A stretch of DNA of 64,000 bases from a bacterium (GCA_963662285.2 CAXXMV010000006.1:1632001-1696000); one strand, 5' to 3'; shown: positions 30,420-41,366, numbered from the stretch's first letter. Numbers and translations are program-made. The notes: a model not told the origin generated them from the sequence alone.

Positions 30420-32339
30420 ATGAAAAAAACGATTGTTATAGTCTTTTGCGTCGCTCTCATTGCAAGCGGCGCGTTCGCGCAACCAGTTGGTATTTTTGAT
30501 AAAGCAGCCGATTGGACTATTGGAGATCCACCCACTAAATACCCGGGCGAAGCCAGCCTGGATGGAGATGTCTATACGCTGGTCGGAAACGGCGACGATA
30601 TTTGGAACGCTGAAGATGAAGGATATTTCCTCTATACAGAAAAAACGGGCAGTTGGACCCTGACCGCCAAAGTTCAGTGGTTCGATCCAGGGACCGAAGT
30701 TGATTCGAAGGCCGGACTGATGATTCGGTCGAATCCGGCTACCGCCAATTCGGCCAATTTCATGTGGCGCCTTCGCGGCAATAACTTCGCGCCGGACGAA
30801 TCCGGCGCCCAATGGCGATTAGACGTCGGCGCCCCGTCGACCAGTTATGTTTTCACGGATGCCGCGGGCGCTAACATCGGCGATCTCAATATGGAAGGTC
30901 TTTGGGCGCGCGTGGCCTACAACGCTCCCTTGGGCGTCTGCTACGCCTGGTATTCCACTGATGGCTCCAATTGGGTATTCGGCTATTCCGTCGCGGTCGA
31001 TTTAGGTCAAAATCCCGCTTACGGTATTGTCATCACCAGCCATTCAGCAGATGAAAATCCCGTAGAAGCCAATTACTCCGACGTTACTTTGGTGGAAGGG
31101 GCGCCCACCGCCGCTAAGCGAACGCTGCCCAAAAACCGCATTACCGGCAACGATTTGGTTGACGTCAAAATCGAAGTAGGCAATCCCAGCACAACCGCTA
31201 AGAGCGTTACCGTGACCGAAGACGTACCAGACGGATGGACGGTTACAGATATCAGCAACGGCGGAACCTTGGCCAACGGCGTTATCACGTGGAATCTGGA
31301 CGCCGCACCCGGATTGACGACATTATCATACAAGGGCACTCCGGAAATCGATGCATCCATCTTTTGGACGGGTACGGTTAATGATGCGAATCTTTCTGGC
31401 GACAACACCATTATCTTCCTGCGCGCCCGTACGCCAATCAAAACCGGGTGGAACGATCCGACAGGAGGTTGGTTATACATCTTCGATCCCGACCTGGGCA
31501 GTGATCCCGATTTGGAACGAGACGGCTGGAAACATAACAACAATTCCGACTCTTACGCTTATCAGCCGGTTATTCCCGCCGGACCCAATGCTGGCATGGT
31601 ATGGCACAATCCCGGCCTGATCGATGACGAAGAGGGCGGTAAATGCTTGGTTATTTACGATCCGGGCGACCCGCGCAGCATGGAAGCCTATGGAAGCATC
31701 CCCGATCCAGGCCTTCGTAAAGTTACGATTGACTATGATCTGGGTCCCGTCACCAAAGCAGTCGCCGCGTTTCGCGTTCGCAGCAAGGCCTTCACCGACG
31801 AATTCGGCATTGATATTCCTTTCGGTTACAGTGAGCTGGAAGGATATAACCTGCTGGGTTTAATGAAGAACCAAGACATGCAGGACCTGAACAATTGGGA
31901 GGGACTGACGGCATCGGGATTGTTCTTCTCACCTGATTTCCCTGACTCATTGAATTTCCCAACCTACAGCGACTATGCTGGTCACGCCATACCCGGCTCC
32001 TATGAGGACGGCTGGGATAATACGCAATGGCACGAATACTGGATCACCTGGAACATCGCGGCGGGCGAAAAAGCCACAGCTCTGTACGTAGACGGCGAAC
32101 TGCAACCCAAGTTCTCCTATCCACAAGATCCAAACGACGATGCCGAAAAGGCGGGCGCATTCTTCAACCGCGTGCGGGATAACGAGAACGACATTACGGT
32201 CGGTAACGCCATGTTCCGCATCTCCTTCCGCCAAACCGGTCAAAACGGCAACCTGCAGTTCGATTACATCTGCTTCAAACCGGGAACCGACGAACCGCCC
32301 AAGAAGTACGTCGCGGTCTCCGATTGGCAACTGTATTAA
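30420..32339 (+). CDS. Secreted multi-beta-sandwich protein of unknown function with conserved C-terminal tail
   Basis: GGGAGG RBS, signal peptide; GDDIWNAEDEGYFLY ConA-like domain, Ig-like VTVTEDVPDGW domain, WHEYWITW..LYVDG LamG-like region; ends VAVSDWQLY. Confidence 0.75.
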   Translation: MKKTIVIVFCVALIASGAFAQPVGIFDKAADWTIGDPPTKYPGEASLDGDVYTLVGNGDDIWNAEDEGYFLYTEKTGSWTLTAKVQWFDPGTEVDSKAGLMIRSNPATANSANFMWRLRGNNFAPDESGAQWRLDVGAPSTSYVFTDAAGANIGDLNMEGLWARVAYNAPLGVCYAWYSTDGSNWVFGYSVAVDLGQNPAYGIVITSHSADENPVEANYSDVTLVEGAPTAAKRTLPKNRITGNDLVDVKIEVGNPSTTAKSVTVTEDVPDGWTVTDISNGGTLANGVITWNLDAAPGLTTLSYKGTPEIDASIFWTGTVNDANLSGDNTIIFLRARTPIKTGWNDPTGGWLYIFDPDLGSDPDLERDGWKHNNNSDSYAYQPVIPAGPNAGMVWHNPGLIDDEEGGKCLVIYDPGDPRSMEAYGSIPDPGLRKVTIDYDLGPVTKAVAAFRVRSKAFTDEFGIDIPFGYSELEGYNLLGLMKNQDMQDLNNWEGLTASGLFFSPDFPDSLNFPTYSDYAGHAIPGSYEDGWDNTQWHEYWITWNIAAGEKATALYVDGELQPKFSYPQDPNDDAEKAGAFFNRVRDNENDITVGNAMFRISFRQTGQNGNLQFDYICFKPGTDEPPKKYVAVSDWQLY

Positions 32340-32366
32340 TCCGTATCGTTCTTGAGATGGTCTTCG

Positions 32367-32402
32367 ATCCCCCGATTTTCATCCAAAAATCGGGGGATTT
32401 TA
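32367..32402 (+). terminator. Intrinsic terminator
   Basis: atcccccgatttt-catcca-aaaatcgggggat followed by T-rich sequence. Confidence 0.8.
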
Positions 32403-32675
32403 TTATGTCTGAATCGGTATAGGCTGGATGAATGGCGAAGGATAAAAATATTCAGCCGATCATCATATTGTTTGCTATAATCGACGAAACATAATCCCAA
32501 TGGTTAAATTTTGATCAATGGAGTATCAGAAAGGTTCCTATAGTACTGGAATTTGCAGAACAGCTTACGATTAACGATTAAAGAGAAGCATTTTTTTCTT
32601 TTAATATTGTAACAGCCGTGATAAAGTGTATTGAATCCACAATTACAGTAATTTTGCACCATACTCAATAATGAG

Positions 32676-34340
32676 GTGACTCTTATGAAACTGCGTCTCT
32701 GTTTTTTGATCATTCTGCTTTCCCTTTTCATTTCGATCTGTGCACAAGAACTGCCGGCCGAAGAAATCCACATGGTGGAAATGCGGGATGGAATCAAATT
32801 AGCCACCAAGGTTTATCGCCCTAGTGGGGGAGACGGCCCCTGGCCTGTCATTCTGGCCCTAAGTCAATATGGAAAAGGCAATAGGCAGGAAAGTGAGAAT
32901 GTTTTGTCAAAAAGGATAGCGAGAGTCGTTCAAGATGTTCGCGGAACAGGTGGTTCTGAAGGTCATTATGATATGATGGCTTCCAACGGTTGGGGTGAGA
33001 AACAAGACGGCTACGATACGGTCGAATGGATTTTGGCTCAACCGTGGTGTAATGGGAAGATCGTGACATATGGCGGCTCCGCCCTGGGCATGACGCAAAT
33101 CCTTTTGGCGGGTACAGGTTCCAAAGGTATTGTTGGGCAGCTTATTGATGTCGCATGTATCGGAAACGATCTTTGTTGTTATACAGGCGGAGTATTGCGC
33201 AAACTTTTCGTTGAATCTGTTACAGGCTGGTATAGAGATAAAGTACAAACGCTGAATACTGTACGGTCTCACTATACATATGATGATTATTGGAAAACAC
33301 AAAACCTATCCGAGAGGGCTGACCGGGTTAATTGGCCCGTGGTATTGAAAACAGGATGGTATGACATTTATCATCAAGGAGCTATTGACGCTTTCAACGC
33401 GATTCAATCGAATGGCGGCCCTAAAGCGCGTGACAACGTACACATTCTCATTGGTCCGTGGGGACACGAGGGAAGCTGTGGAGCATTTAAATATCCCCAA
33501 GAAAGTTGGAAGGATGAATGGCCTTATAGATTCAAGGCGCAATGGCCTTATCAGGAAATCGACTACTGGTTATTGGATACGCCCGCGCCCGACGATATTC
33601 CCACTATCAAGTATTTCACGATGGGTGAATATCCAGTTGGAAATTCGCCCGGCAACGAATGGGGGACTTCCAAAATCTGGCCTCCGGAAGATAGTAAATT
33701 AGTCCCGTTCTATTTACATACCGATGGCAATCTCCAACGAACGAAATCCGATCCTTCCCAACTGAGTTACGAGTATGATCCCCGAAAACCCGTGCCAACA
33801 AATGGCGGGCAGGTGATTTTTATTTCGGCAGGCGCCTATGATCAACGTGTAAGCGAAAAGCGGGATGATGTGATTATCTTCAGCACACCACCGCTTAAGG
33901 AGCCAGTCGAAGTGACCGGGCGAATGACGGCTGTGCTGTATGTTTCAACCAGCGCAGTGGATACCGATTTCACCGCCCAGATCACGGATGTCTATCCCGA
34001 CGGACGAAGCATGATCCTCACCCACGGCATACGTCGGCTCAGTTTCCGCAACTCGTATGAGAAACATGAACTCGCAATACCGGGAGAAATTTATCGATTG
34101 GAAATCGATCTGCAATCCACCAGCATGGTATTCAACACCGGACACCAAATTCGCGTCGCTATATCCAGCAGTAACAGCCCCTGGTTCGAGCCTAATCCAA
34201 ATACCGGCATCCCAAACGATAGCATTAGTAACGCCGTCAATGCCACTCAAACCATTTACCTGGGAGGAGAAAACGCTTCTTACATTAATCTGCCCATCAG
34301 AGAAACTGCTTCTTATGTTGGGGATTATTATTTATATTAA
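32676..34340 (+). CDS. Secreted CocE/NonD family hydrolase (peptidase S15-like) with conserved C-terminal tail
   Basis: MRDGIKLA, QDVRGTGGSEG, DGYDTVEW, GGSALG, IGPWGH, IRVAISSSN; ends SYVGDYYLY. Confidence 0.88.
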   Translation: MTLMKLRLCFLIILLSLFISICAQELPAEEIHMVEMRDGIKLATKVYRPSGGDGPWPVILALSQYGKGNRQESENVLSKRIARVVQDVRGTGGSEGHYDMMASNGWGEKQDGYDTVEWILAQPWCNGKIVTYGGSALGMTQILLAGTGSKGIVGQLIDVACIGNDLCCYTGGVLRKLFVESVTGWYRDKVQTLNTVRSHYTYDDYWKTQNLSERADRVNWPVVLKTGWYDIYHQGAIDAFNAIQSNGGPKARDNVHILIGPWGHEGSCGAFKYPQESWKDEWPYRFKAQWPYQEIDYWLLDTPAPDDIPTIKYFTMGEYPVGNSPGNEWGTSKIWPPEDSKLVPFYLHTDGNLQRTKSDPSQLSYEYDPRKPVPTNGGQVIFISAGAYDQRVSEKRDDVIIFSTPPLKEPVEVTGRMTAVLYVSTSAVDTDFTAQITDVYPDGRSMILTHGIRRLSFRNSYEKHELAIPGEIYRLEIDLQSTSMVFNTGHQIRVAISSSNSPWFEPNPNTGIPNDSISNAVNATQTIYLGGENASYINLPIRETASYVGDYYLY

Positions 34341-34351
34341 CTAGTAGAACA

Positions 34352-34392
34352 CGGTGGGCTACGCCGCTTTCGCGGCTTTTAGCCCACCCTAC
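34352..34392 (-). repeat. REP-like palindrome, second subtype (GGTGGGCTA/TAGCCCACCCTAC)
   Basis: cggtgggcta-cgccgctttcgcggcttt-tagcccaccctac, between convergent genes. Confidence 0.8.
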
Positions 34393-34406
34393 GAGAACTA
34401 AATATA

Positions 34407-35291
34407 TCAATGCTTGTCCTGTTTGGCGGCGTTATTCGCGTTCTGAATATGGCGGGCTAGAAATTTCATCATTTGCCCGGCGGACCGCTCGTAATAATGG
34501 CCCAGGTTATGTTTCGTGTCTGGTAGTATTATCAGCTCATTCTCAATATCCAATGCATCCAAATGTTTGGCGAAATCCTGATTGCCTTCCGGCCGATCCA
34601 GATCGCCTTTAATTTGCATGAGTGCGACATGGTTCTTTTTCAGGATGTCTGCATTTTTTGAAGCCATTTCAAAGAACTCCGTATTTCCTTGGCGAGCGCC
34701 TCCGCCCCAGCTGGCAGCAGCGCAAAAGAGATTGGGGTATGTTATAACAAGCCGGACCGCTCCGGCTCCACCCATTGAAAAACCAGCGACAACTCGTGAT
34801 TCAGGCTTCGCAATTGTGTGGTAAGACTTGTCGATAAGAGGAATTAATTCTTTGATGATCATTTCTTCAACCTCACCGCGATAACCACTCATCCCGCCAT
34901 TCGGGAAAACGCACAAAGCCGGTGGAAGAACGCTATCTCTGATCGCCTTTGAGACATGACCCGAAAATCCAGCTGCATCAGCGCTTTCATTTCCTCCTAC
35001 ACCATGAAGAAAATAAATCACAGGATAACGTATGTCCTTATTATTGTTATAGTCAGGAGGAGTCCAAACAACATATCCGACCTCGTGTTTCATTGACTCG
35101 CTTTTAAGAATATGGTGTGACAACCCTGGACCGTTGGGTAGTTTTGGATTTACCCAGTTGACCTCTCGTTTTTGTCGATTTTGCGCAATGGATGAAGAGG
35201 TAATGATTAACATCATCATGACAACAATAAGAACTTTTGTAATTCTGTAATTTGGATAATTATTTAAGAATCTCATGACGCATCCTTTCAA
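34407..35291 (-). CDS. Secreted alpha/beta-hydrolase esterase (CE1-like)
   Basis: YPVIYFLHG, ELIPLID, GFSMGG. Confidence 0.85.
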   Translation of the reverse strand: MKGCVMRFLNNYPNYRITKVLIVVMMMLIITSSSIAQNRQKREVNWVNPKLPNGPGLSHHILKSESMKHEVGYVVWTPPDYNNNKDIRYPVIYFLHGVGGNESADAAGFSGHVSKAIRDSVLPPALCVFPNGGMSGYRGEVEEMIIKELIPLIDKSYHTIAKPESRVVAGFSMGGAGAVRLVITYPNLFCAAASWGGGARQGNTEFFEMASKNADILKKNHVALMQIKGDLDRPEGNQDFAKHLDALDIENELIILPDTKHNLGHYYERSAGQMMKFLARHIQNANNAAKQDKH

Positions 35292-35326
35292 GTAGCATTA
35301 ATTATATACTATCATTTTTTATAGGT

Positions 35327-36817
35327 TCAAGGACTGACCTTTATGATCACGCGTTTGTAGCGGGTCAGTGGAGGCGCCCCTTTATCAGTGACGGCCAGGA
35401 TAATGTGCATCGTTCCTGCACCGGGCGGCATAACACGACTTGTGGGTACAGTGAACCAGGCATTGGGCTGGTCATGATTTTTAATCTCGAGCGGCTGGCC
35501 TGTGCGGGCGCTGGAAACGGTAAAGGAGCCAGCCTCACCGTAGTAGAACCACTCGTAGGACATAGCATCGCCGTCAGGATCGGTTACGCCCCCGGTGCTG
35601 AGGTTGACGCGTTCGCCCCCTTTAGCAGTCAGTTCTGCTGGATGATCGAGCTTTATCACAGGCGGATGGTTTGCTGCTTTATACGGCTTGATGGTCCAGT
35701 CCATGCGTGCGACGAAATCGTTTTGATAGGCGGATCGCCAGCGCCAAATGGTCGCGTGGTTGCTAGTGTGCCAGCGGCCATCCACGCCGAGAACCTCGTC
35801 CATAGCGTTGGACCAAAACGGGCGGGTTTCGGTTTCTAGATGCCATTTCTGCTTATGAGGAGTATAGAATTCGTAGCGGCCGCCCCAACCGCCCCAGTCG
35901 GGACGTTCGGATACATTAAGCCCGTTATTGACCAAGCCGAGGAAACTCGGTGTGTCACCTTCCATGAGATAATCCATGTGGGGATACTGTTTACCGAGTG
36001 GACCTTTGCTGCGAATGTTCTTGTCGAGCCAGGGATTATCCACGATAGTAAAGTCTGCACCGGTAAATCGGGCATGGAAGTTGTCGCCAGCGATACCGCT
36101 CCAGGTTGCGAAGTGATAGGCGCCGCCGGGATGATAACCTGGGCTTGCGATATAGAATAACTTTGGAAATGTCTTCCGGATCCACGGGCCGCTGTCGTCC
36201 TGATCGGAGATGGTATAAACGCGGAGTTTGGCGACAAACTTATCAAGTTCTTCAGGAGTGCGCGTGGCTCGGATTTTCCAGAGCGCCTGCGCCAGTACGT
36301 TGGGGCCGCCCCAAACCGGAACCCAGAGCGGGCGCGGATCGTCGCGGTCGACTGCTGCGATAAGCCGTTCAGACCCTGAGGAATCCATACCCTCACCAAC
36401 TGCGTTCATGCCGCAAGCGGGTCGGCCTTCTTTGATCACTGAGAACAGATATTCGGCTTTAGGGTAGCCGGACTCGTGGATTTCGAGATTGTCACGAACT
36501 TTGCCGTAGGCCTCGACGATCTCCTTTATTCGCCAAGGCGCCGTCTTATTTGGCTGATGGATGGAGGTGGTGGCAACCAGTCCCTCGATATCGAATTGGT
36601 TGGAGTAAGTGAGAAGGCGAACCATGGACATAGCATCATCAGGTTCGTTTTCGATATCAGTAAGAACAAGGATGCGGGTCTTTTCTGTAGCACTGACAGC
36701 TGTGGTTGTAATCGCGAACATAACCGTCACGCAAACAAGCGTTCCAGCCAATTGAACTATGGCATTCAGGTTTTTCATCGATTTGCCTTTCATGTATAAA
36801 TCATAGATTCCTTGCAC
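35327..36817 (-). CDS. DUF1593 (nucleoside-hydrolase-like, Sde182-type) secreted protein with C-terminal Ig-like domain
   Basis: [47 protein letters not shown]. Confidence 0.85.
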   Translation of the reverse strand: MQGIYDLYMKGKSMKNLNAIVQLAGTLVCVTVMFAITTTAVSATEKTRILVLTDIENEPDDAMSMVRLLTYSNQFDIEGLVATTSIHQPNKTAPWRIKEIVEAYGKVRDNLEIHESGYPKAEYLFSVIKEGRPACGMNAVGEGMDSSGSERLIAAVDRDDPRPLWVPVWGGPNVLAQALWKIRATRTPEELDKFVAKLRVYTISDQDDSGPWIRKTFPKLFYIASPGYHPGGAYHFATWSGIAGDNFHARFTGADFTIVDNPWLDKNIRSKGPLGKQYPHMDYLMEGDTPSFLGLVNNGLNVSERPDWGGWGGRYEFYTPHKQKWHLETETRPFWSNAMDEVLGVDGRWHTSNHATIWRWRSAYQNDFVARMDWTIKPYKAANHPPVIKLDHPAELTAKGGERVNLSTGGVTDPDGDAMSYEWFYYGEAGSFTVSSARTGQPLEIKNHDQPNAWFTVPTSRVMPPGAGTMHIILAVTDKGAPPLTRYKRVIIKVSP

Positions 36818-36872
36818 AGGATTTTTTGTATACTGACCGGGCTATTTGATCGATGTCTTTCCTAATCGTAGA

Positions 36873-38924
36873 CTACCTTAACCATCGTACCAGTTCTGGA
36901 ACAGTCGATCTCATATCCCGGATAGCCATATCGCATATCCGGGAGGCGCCAAATGCATTGAGATGCGTGTCGTCTTGTCTGCCATCTTTGATTGCATCGA
37001 ACTCAATTGGTTCAACCCACATATAAAGTTTCTTGGAAAGTTGCGGACCCAGTTTTTTGACCAAGGTAGCGCTCTGTTTTTCGATGTCTAATAGAGGCGC
37101 GTGGAGTTCTTTGGCAACCTGACGAACAGCAATCGAATAATCCCCATGTGTATCAATGAGTTCTATATCATTCGCAAACTTCCGGCGCACGACAGGTGTA
37201 GCAAGTATTGGTTTACCGCCTTTTGAACGCGTTTCACGAACATAACGCGCCAGATTTTCTTTAAAGGAACCGAAGGCTTCTGTGTAGCGTTTCGGATCAT
37301 GGGACTTCTGATCGTTGTGGCCAAACTGAATGATAACAAAATCGCCTGGACGTAAATCATTCATTACGATATCCCAGCGGCCTTCAGCGCGAAAACTCTT
37401 CGAACTACGCCCATTTCTGGCCAGATTTCGGATATGAACATCATGCTTGAAATACAGTGGTAGCAATTGGCCCCATCCACGTTCGGGCTGTGCAGGAAAA
37501 AGGGGCTTGTCAGACATCGTGGAATCACCCACCATAAAAATTACAGGCGCATCTGTTGAAGAATCCTTAGTTTCCACAGCGTTAATGGGGTGAAAAGGTT
37601 CTTTGCCATTAACCTTTGGAGACTGACAGCGAAGCATTCGCGCGGCGAAGTCTTTTAAGAATGCTTCTCGCCAGTGGTTCACCGTTTTTGCGCCGATATG
37701 TCCGTCTTCGGCGTATTCAGGTGAAGGATTATCCGTCCACCAGTTCGGAAGTTTGGACGATGGACGTTGCGCTGCGTCAGGTGGAACTTTGATTGATGTG
37801 ATGCCGCCAGTCTTTCCATTGAGAGCAGGGATATTACTTTCAATTTTGAATTTATACGTCTTTGAGGCCTTTGGAGAAAAACGGAAACGCATGGTCTTGT
37901 CATCCGCAACATGTCCGGGGAGTGACTGGTTTTCAACAATGAGCATTGCTTTCGGATTCTTTAGAATATTGTTTCCAAGAGGTAATGCAATTTCGAGAAT
38001 CCCGAATTCCTCGATTTTATCATCCTTCGTGGTGAGCCGTTCAAAACGTTTATAAGGACGCTCCCATGCCCGTACATAATTTCCGCCCCAACCCGGCTGT
38101 GTTGGTTCTTCAGGTTTACCTTTAAGCAACCAGCTTACAGATGGAGTATCACCCATCTTGATTGTTCCACCGAGTTGAGTGTTGAAAAAATCTCCAAGAG
38201 AACCTTTACCAGCAATGTGTTTGGTTACGAATTCTTTGTTTCCCCATTCCCCTGACTGGTTGCCGCCGGTAAACCAACCGCGGTAGGTAGCGTTTGACTC
38301 GATGATCCATAAATCGGGATGATGGTCGACGATATATTGATAGGGATTTGGCCCCCACTTTTTATTTGGACCACCGATCCAATAGACGCGCAACTTTGGC
38401 AGGATATCCGGCGCATCATGGAGCGCCTGTGCAAGGTCTTCTATACCTCCCCAAACAAGTACATACAACAAACGCGGATCATTTCGGCGCGCGCATTTTA
38501 TGAGCCAATCCGATCCTTCCGTTGATTGCCGCACGCCAGCGTATGGCGCTCTATCGATTGCCCCTTGCTTTGTTAGTTTTCTTAATGCACCGGGTGTTGG
38601 GTACATTTCGGAATATGACTTAAGATTGTAGTAATCTTTCGCATAGCAATCGATAACTTTTAAGATATCCTCTTTACGGCCAGGACCATAAGGAGATGAA
38701 ATCAATCCTTCGATATCAAAAACATCCGCATACAAAAGCAGATGAACCATCGACTGGAAATCGTCGGGATCAGTACCGCCGATATCAGACGAGACCACGA
38801 CGCGGTAACGTTCCCCAAAGAGTGCGCCATTTTCTGCAATTTCCATTGCGTAAGAGGAAATGTTAAAAATTGTTATACTGATTAACATCAGAAATATTCG
38901 TTTGAGTTTATTTCGAGTAAACAT
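36873..38924 (-). CDS. DUF1593 protein fused to a C-terminal SGNH rhamnogalacturonan-acetylesterase (CE12-like) domain
   Basis: SDIGGTDPDD, MGDTPS, GWGG; then GDSTM..GWGQ, NGRSS, QFGHND, DDTHLN. Confidence 0.85.
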   Translation of the reverse strand: MFTRNKLKRIFLMLISITIFNISSYAMEIAENGALFGERYRVVVSSDIGGTDPDDFQSMVHLLLYADVFDIEGLISSPYGPGRKEDILKVIDCYAKDYYNLKSYSEMYPTPGALRKLTKQGAIDRAPYAGVRQSTEGSDWLIKCARRNDPRLLYVLVWGGIEDLAQALHDAPDILPKLRVYWIGGPNKKWGPNPYQYIVDHHPDLWIIESNATYRGWFTGGNQSGEWGNKEFVTKHIAGKGSLGDFFNTQLGGTIKMGDTPSVSWLLKGKPEEPTQPGWGGNYVRAWERPYKRFERLTTKDDKIEEFGILEIALPLGNNILKNPKAMLIVENQSLPGHVADDKTMRFRFSPKASKTYKFKIESNIPALNGKTGGITSIKVPPDAAQRPSSKLPNWWTDNPSPEYAEDGHIGAKTVNHWREAFLKDFAARMLRCQSPKVNGKEPFHPINAVETKDSSTDAPVIFMVGDSTMSDKPLFPAQPERGWGQLLPLYFKHDVHIRNLARNGRSSKSFRAEGRWDIVMNDLRPGDFVIIQFGHNDQKSHDPKRYTEAFGSFKENLARYVRETRSKGGKPILATPVVRRKFANDIELIDTHGDYSIAVRQVAKELHAPLLDIEKQSATLVKKLGPQLSKKLYMWVEPIEFDAIKDGRQDDTHLNAFGASRICDMAIRDMRSTVPELVRWLR

Positions 38925-38965
38925 TATTTAATCCTATTCTGTATTGATTATTATTTAAGATAATA

Positions 38966-39688
38966 TTAATCAATGTAGTTTAGATATTTCTCCAGCATGG
39001 TGTAACCATCGGCAGCAACCTTGTTCCCATCAGTAGAGTCATGTGGATTAAGACCCTTCTTTGTTTCCCATTCGTCGGGCATACCGTCGTGGTCGGAGTC
39101 CGCAGGCGGTGTAGTGCTTTTCAGTTCCGGCCAGCCGCCGACATCATTCTGAGAATCAATAATACCGCTCTTTTTTGATTTATCTTGCATCGTATTATTT
39201 TGTTTGTAATTAGGCCCTTCATAGGTTGCATAGCCATTAATGACTTCGTTAATAATACGTGCATCAACCGCATCGGCATCCACACCCGATTCATCTCCCA
39301 ATCGTACTCGTATATAGCGAATAATCACTTCATCCGCGCCAATCGATAGCGGATAGCGTTTTATACAAATCCCATCTCCGGGCGCCGTTTGCCCGGCGAT
39401 AGTGATATAGGGATTACGAATCGTTAATCTACTTTTCAAATCGATTGTACCAGAGACTCTAAACACAACAGTTCTCGGCCCTTTCGCTTCAACCGCAGCA
39501 CGCAGGCTGCCTTCGCCGGAATCATTGAGGTTCGTCACTTCGTATATTTTACCGCCGCGTCCCCCAACCGTATATTTTCCGTATCCTTCAGCGCCGGGAA
39601 ATGCAAGTTGATTTTGGGCGAAACTGTATGCCGTGTAACTTAATAGGATAATCGCCATAACTGATATATTGCAGAAATACTTATTCAT
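38966..39688 (-). pseudogene. Pectate lyase (PL1-like) with a large in-frame internal deletion
   Basis: N-terminal [14 protein letters not shown]...[10 protein letters not shown] joined directly to the C-terminal DAVDARII...GIIDSQ.DVGGWP...[12 protein letters not shown]; the central DH.S.SW..DE catalytic region is missing. Confidence 0.7.
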
Positions 39689-39731
39689 AATAATTTTCTT
39701 CCTTATATTGATTTATTGATTTCATGTTCTT

Positions 39732-39881
39732 TTAATATGATTCAAAACAATTGAACAATTTCGGGAAAGTATTGCGCAACCAACCAATCGTGCCATCCTA
39801 GGTTGCAATTTGATGAATACGTAACTTGCTGAGGAAGGTTTCCAACGCGACAGCGCTGCGCGTATTATGTATCTTCCCCAT
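39732..39881 (-). pseudogene. Relic fragment of a fifth DUF1593 gene
   Basis: Translates as KIHNTRSAVALETFLSKLRIHQIAT*DGTIGWLRNTFPKLF, aligning to [41 protein letters not shown] of 35327-36817; in-frame TAG at 39798-39800. Confidence 0.75.
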
Positions 39882-39884
39882 ATC

Positions 39885-41306
39885 TCAGTTTTTCGGTGTA
39901 TTTTCAATCGACTTAAAGATAATCCTGCGATAACTGGTTAGATTATGCGTACCGTTATCCGTAACTTCGCATATCACATGAAAACTCTTCCCCGCTGAAT
40001 TGGACGGTATATTTACTGAGGCCTGATTTGAGTTGCTGTTTGAGATATTGACCTTCTCTGTATAAGTGCCTGCTTCGGTTAAAACCCACCAATGAAACGT
40101 CAGTTTATCGCCATCCGGATCATACGATTTGGAAGCGTCAAGTGTGACAATCTTTCCTTGGTTGGGTTGAATCGTCAATATATCAAGGCCTTTGTCATCA
40201 TTAATAACAACAACTGGATTTCGGTTCCCTTTACCTTCTTTCGCCCAGTCCATTCGGGCGGCAAAATTGTTAAAGGTTGCCGGGTAGTAATACTGTTGAT
40301 ATTTGTAGGAAGTACTACTAGCTGTACCACCATGGTTCTGATATGCTTTGGTTGCGCCGTCCTTGCATTCACCAAACTCAAAATACCCGCCCCAGCCAAC
40401 ATGGTTTGGAATATCAGGATTATTAAGACCGGTAGGTATGATATGAAGGAAAGCAGGAGTGTCACCTTCAACTCCATATTTATATTTAGGATATCGGTTA
40501 CCCAGATTGCCATGATTCTGGATATGGGTTGCATACTCATTCCAATTTTTTCGTCCGGCGCCATTCTGATATTTCCAGGCGCATTCATCCCAAATAAACA
40601 GAAGATCCTTTCCAAACTCCCGACGCATCCATTGATGCGAGCTTTCACTCCATTTGATGACATTACCGGATTTCTGGGCTCCATCCTGATCGGTTATCGT
40701 ATAAATGCGGAGTTTATGCAGAAAAGTTATCAGTTCTTCTTCACTACGCTCTTTCTTCACCTGCCAGATTGCTTGAGCAAGAGTATTACCACCGCCCCAG
40801 ACTGTAATCCAAAGGGGACGGTCATCATCTTCATCAGCCAGTTTAACAATCAGTTCGCTGCCGGGAGAAACATTATTTTTACCTATGTAACTGTACCCCC
40901 GGTTCTTACTGCCGAACATGGTCCGGTCTCTCAAATATTTCGGACTGGGCCAGTATCCGATTTCCTGTTGAGAATCATCGAGTAAATATCCATCTTGGTT
41001 GGAGCGTTTTATCAGGTTGGGTAAATCTTTTTCGTATAAATCAATCGCTTCGTGAATCAATTGATAATACGGCTCCCGAGCGGTACTTGCACTCCAGCCG
41101 GTTGAGTGAACCAGCCCCTCGATTTCGAACATGTCGGCATGGACAAAAAGCCGGATTATGGATTCCATATCATCCGGTTCAACGTTGTCGGGTGAAATGT
41201 CCGTCAATACAACCATACGCGGTTTGAGCGGAGCCGTATGGGATGATATAGAGATAGTAATGGAAAGAAACAGCATTAACGTAAGTGACCAAAATGTTTT
41301 TTTCAT
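39885..41306 (-). CDS. DUF1593 secreted protein
   Basis: LTDISPDNVEPDD, EIEGL, WGGGNT, EGDTPA, FAARMDW, DPDGD. Confidence 0.85.
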   Translation of the reverse strand: MKKTFWSLTLMLFLSITISISSHTAPLKPRMVVLTDISPDNVEPDDMESIIRLFVHADMFEIEGLVHSTGWSASTAREPYYQLIHEAIDLYEKDLPNLIKRSNQDGYLLDDSQQEIGYWPSPKYLRDRTMFGSKNRGYSYIGKNNVSPGSELIVKLADEDDDRPLWITVWGGGNTLAQAIWQVKKERSEEELITFLHKLRIYTITDQDGAQKSGNVIKWSESSHQWMRREFGKDLLFIWDECAWKYQNGAGRKNWNEYATHIQNHGNLGNRYPKYKYGVEGDTPAFLHIIPTGLNNPDIPNHVGWGGYFEFGECKDGATKAYQNHGGTASSTSYKYQQYYYPATFNNFAARMDWAKEGKGNRNPVVVINDDKGLDILTIQPNQGKIVTLDASKSYDPDGDKLTFHWWVLTEAGTYTEKVNISNSNSNQASVNIPSNSAGKSFHVICEVTDNGTHNLTSYRRIIFKSIENTPKN

Positions 41307-41366
41307 CGTTTCCTCGATTTGATTTGTTTTGCGCCTATGAACGAGATGATCTTTAGTAAGTAAGGT

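Noticed and set aside
39722-39907. 61-aa ORF from the track
   Set aside because: Wrong frame; the homologous signal (DUF1593 relic) lies in another frame on the same strand.
40092-40985. 297-aa plus-strand ORF
   Set aside because: Antisense shadow of a well-supported DUF1593 gene.
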